Shown: one piece after another, positions 62,970 to 64,000 of the stretch
Layout of the letters: every line of letters starts with the position of its first letter
How positions within the stretch are numbered: position 1 is the first letter of the stretch
Source of the DNA: Phyllobates terribilis
Taxonomy: Eukaryota
Assembly (NCBI RefSeq): GCF_046119375.1
Contig: NW_027362762.1
Location: forward strand, 358,112,001 to 358,176,000
Length of the DNA: 64,000 bases
Direction of reading: 5' to 3'
Program-made: the position numbers and the translations under genes
Notes under the pieces: model-generated
Told to the model about the DNA's origin: nothing
Seen by the model: the letters and a program-made list of their open reading frames with translations, nothing else
Database searches by the model: none

Positions 62970-63498
62970 AGAGGTTGGAACCTCAGCACCACAAAAGAAA
63001 ATGAAATGAGTCTGTGGGTTTTGCTGCAGTGTAAATTTATCTTGATCCGGCAAGGAGTCAAAAACAGATCTTGACGAACGTTTCGACTGGGAATGGTCTT
63101 TGTCAAGGACATCTGTTGCGGGTGCAGGTAACCAGAATACTAGGTAGAGCAATAATGTAAAACGTAAGATTTTTCATGTCAAGGAGGACCTGTGTGGAAC
63201 AGGATTCAGGAAATGCAGCATGCAGGGTATAAGCCTTTGGCTTACTGCATTTCCTGAGTCCTGGCTCCTGCTCCACACAGGTCCTCCTTGACATGAAAGA
63301 TCTTCCGTTTTACATTATTGCTTTACTAGAATTCTGCCTCTCTACACCGCAACAGATGTCCTTGACAAAGATCGTTCCTAGTCGAAACGTTGGACAAGAT
63401 CTTTTTTTGACTCCTTGCCGGATGAAAATAAATTTACACTGCAGCAAGACTCACGGTCTCGTTTCATTTTCATTTGTGGTGCTAAGGTTCCAACCTCT
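62970..63498. repeat. ~250-bp-arm inverted repeat in PCNP intron 4, probably derived from Penelope pseudo-LTRs
   Basis: Arms ~62970-63218 and ~63245-63498 with a ~26-nt spacer; each arm has a TTGACAAA...GAAACGTT hammerhead-like motif. Confidence 0.85.
63358..63395 (+). ncRNA. Variant minimal hammerhead ribozyme motif
   Basis: GTCC-TTGACAAA-GAT/cgttccta/GTC-GAAA-CGTT-GGAC: stem I GTCC/GGAC, palindromic AACGTT stem III. Confidence 0.5.
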
Positions 63499-64000
63499 GT
63501 AAGTTTGGACCACGAGTCCTTTCCTCAAGCGCACAATTCTTTCAAAAGGACAGTGAGCTGGTCTTTCTCCTTCTAATCTGTATAGCAGTAGTGTCACTGT
63601 TTGATGACCCTCATAAAGGTACATGCCAGATAACTCATGGATTGAAAAATAAAGTTCCCCACCATTTTGATCGGGTTTTTTATTTTTTGAGACCAACAGT
63701 CTTTGTTGATGAGGTACAGTGGTGTCCTCATGGCTGCAGACAATCACTGGGCTCAGCAGTGACTCTGAGGTAGTAGGTATAAATGTCCCCTTAGGCTTAC
63801 TCTGTATTTAGGCAGTCTCTCATTGCTAAATATTGAAATAATGAAACTCCAGAGAAGATGATGGGATGGGCTTTTCCTACGTACTGGTTTCTTGTCGAGA
63901 TCTGGAAGTTGGTTTTATATCAGGACATTATCTGACAGATGTAGAGCCACATTTCCAGTAAAACTTTGCAATAAGCATATCTTTGTTCTGGGTAGACTGC

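Overview
Eukaryotic window, most likely an anuran (frog) genome, inferred from its repeat families (Frog Prince-like Tc1, T2/Kolobok, Harbinger and hAT MITEs, piggyBac). It contains four host genes: an intronless FAM172B/ARB2-family gene (+, 17.6-18.7 kb), three-coding-exon TXNL4B (-, 20.5-23.4 kb), single-coding-exon TRMT10C (+, 45.0-46.2 kb) and exons 1-4 of PCNP (+, 59.8-62.5 kb). The rest is dense, nested transposon DNA. It includes a Penelope-like retroelement bounded by direct repeats that each carry a variant minimal hammerhead ribozyme, and whose RT catalytic YIDD motif is destroyed by a 25-nt hairpin micro-inversion. There are also three Tc1-class transposons of different catalytic spacing (DD38E, DD34E, DD37E), two solo LTRs, piggyBac remnants with a nested palindromic array, and many MITEs. 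A ~14 kb 42-bp satellite with higher-order duplications abuts the putative TXNL4B/TRMT10C bidirectional promoter, and a ~530-bp inverted repeat with two hammerhead-like motifs lies in a PCNP intron. No tRNA, rRNA or CRISPR array was found. All alignments were done by eye, so repeat boundaries are approximate unless target-site duplications are quoted.
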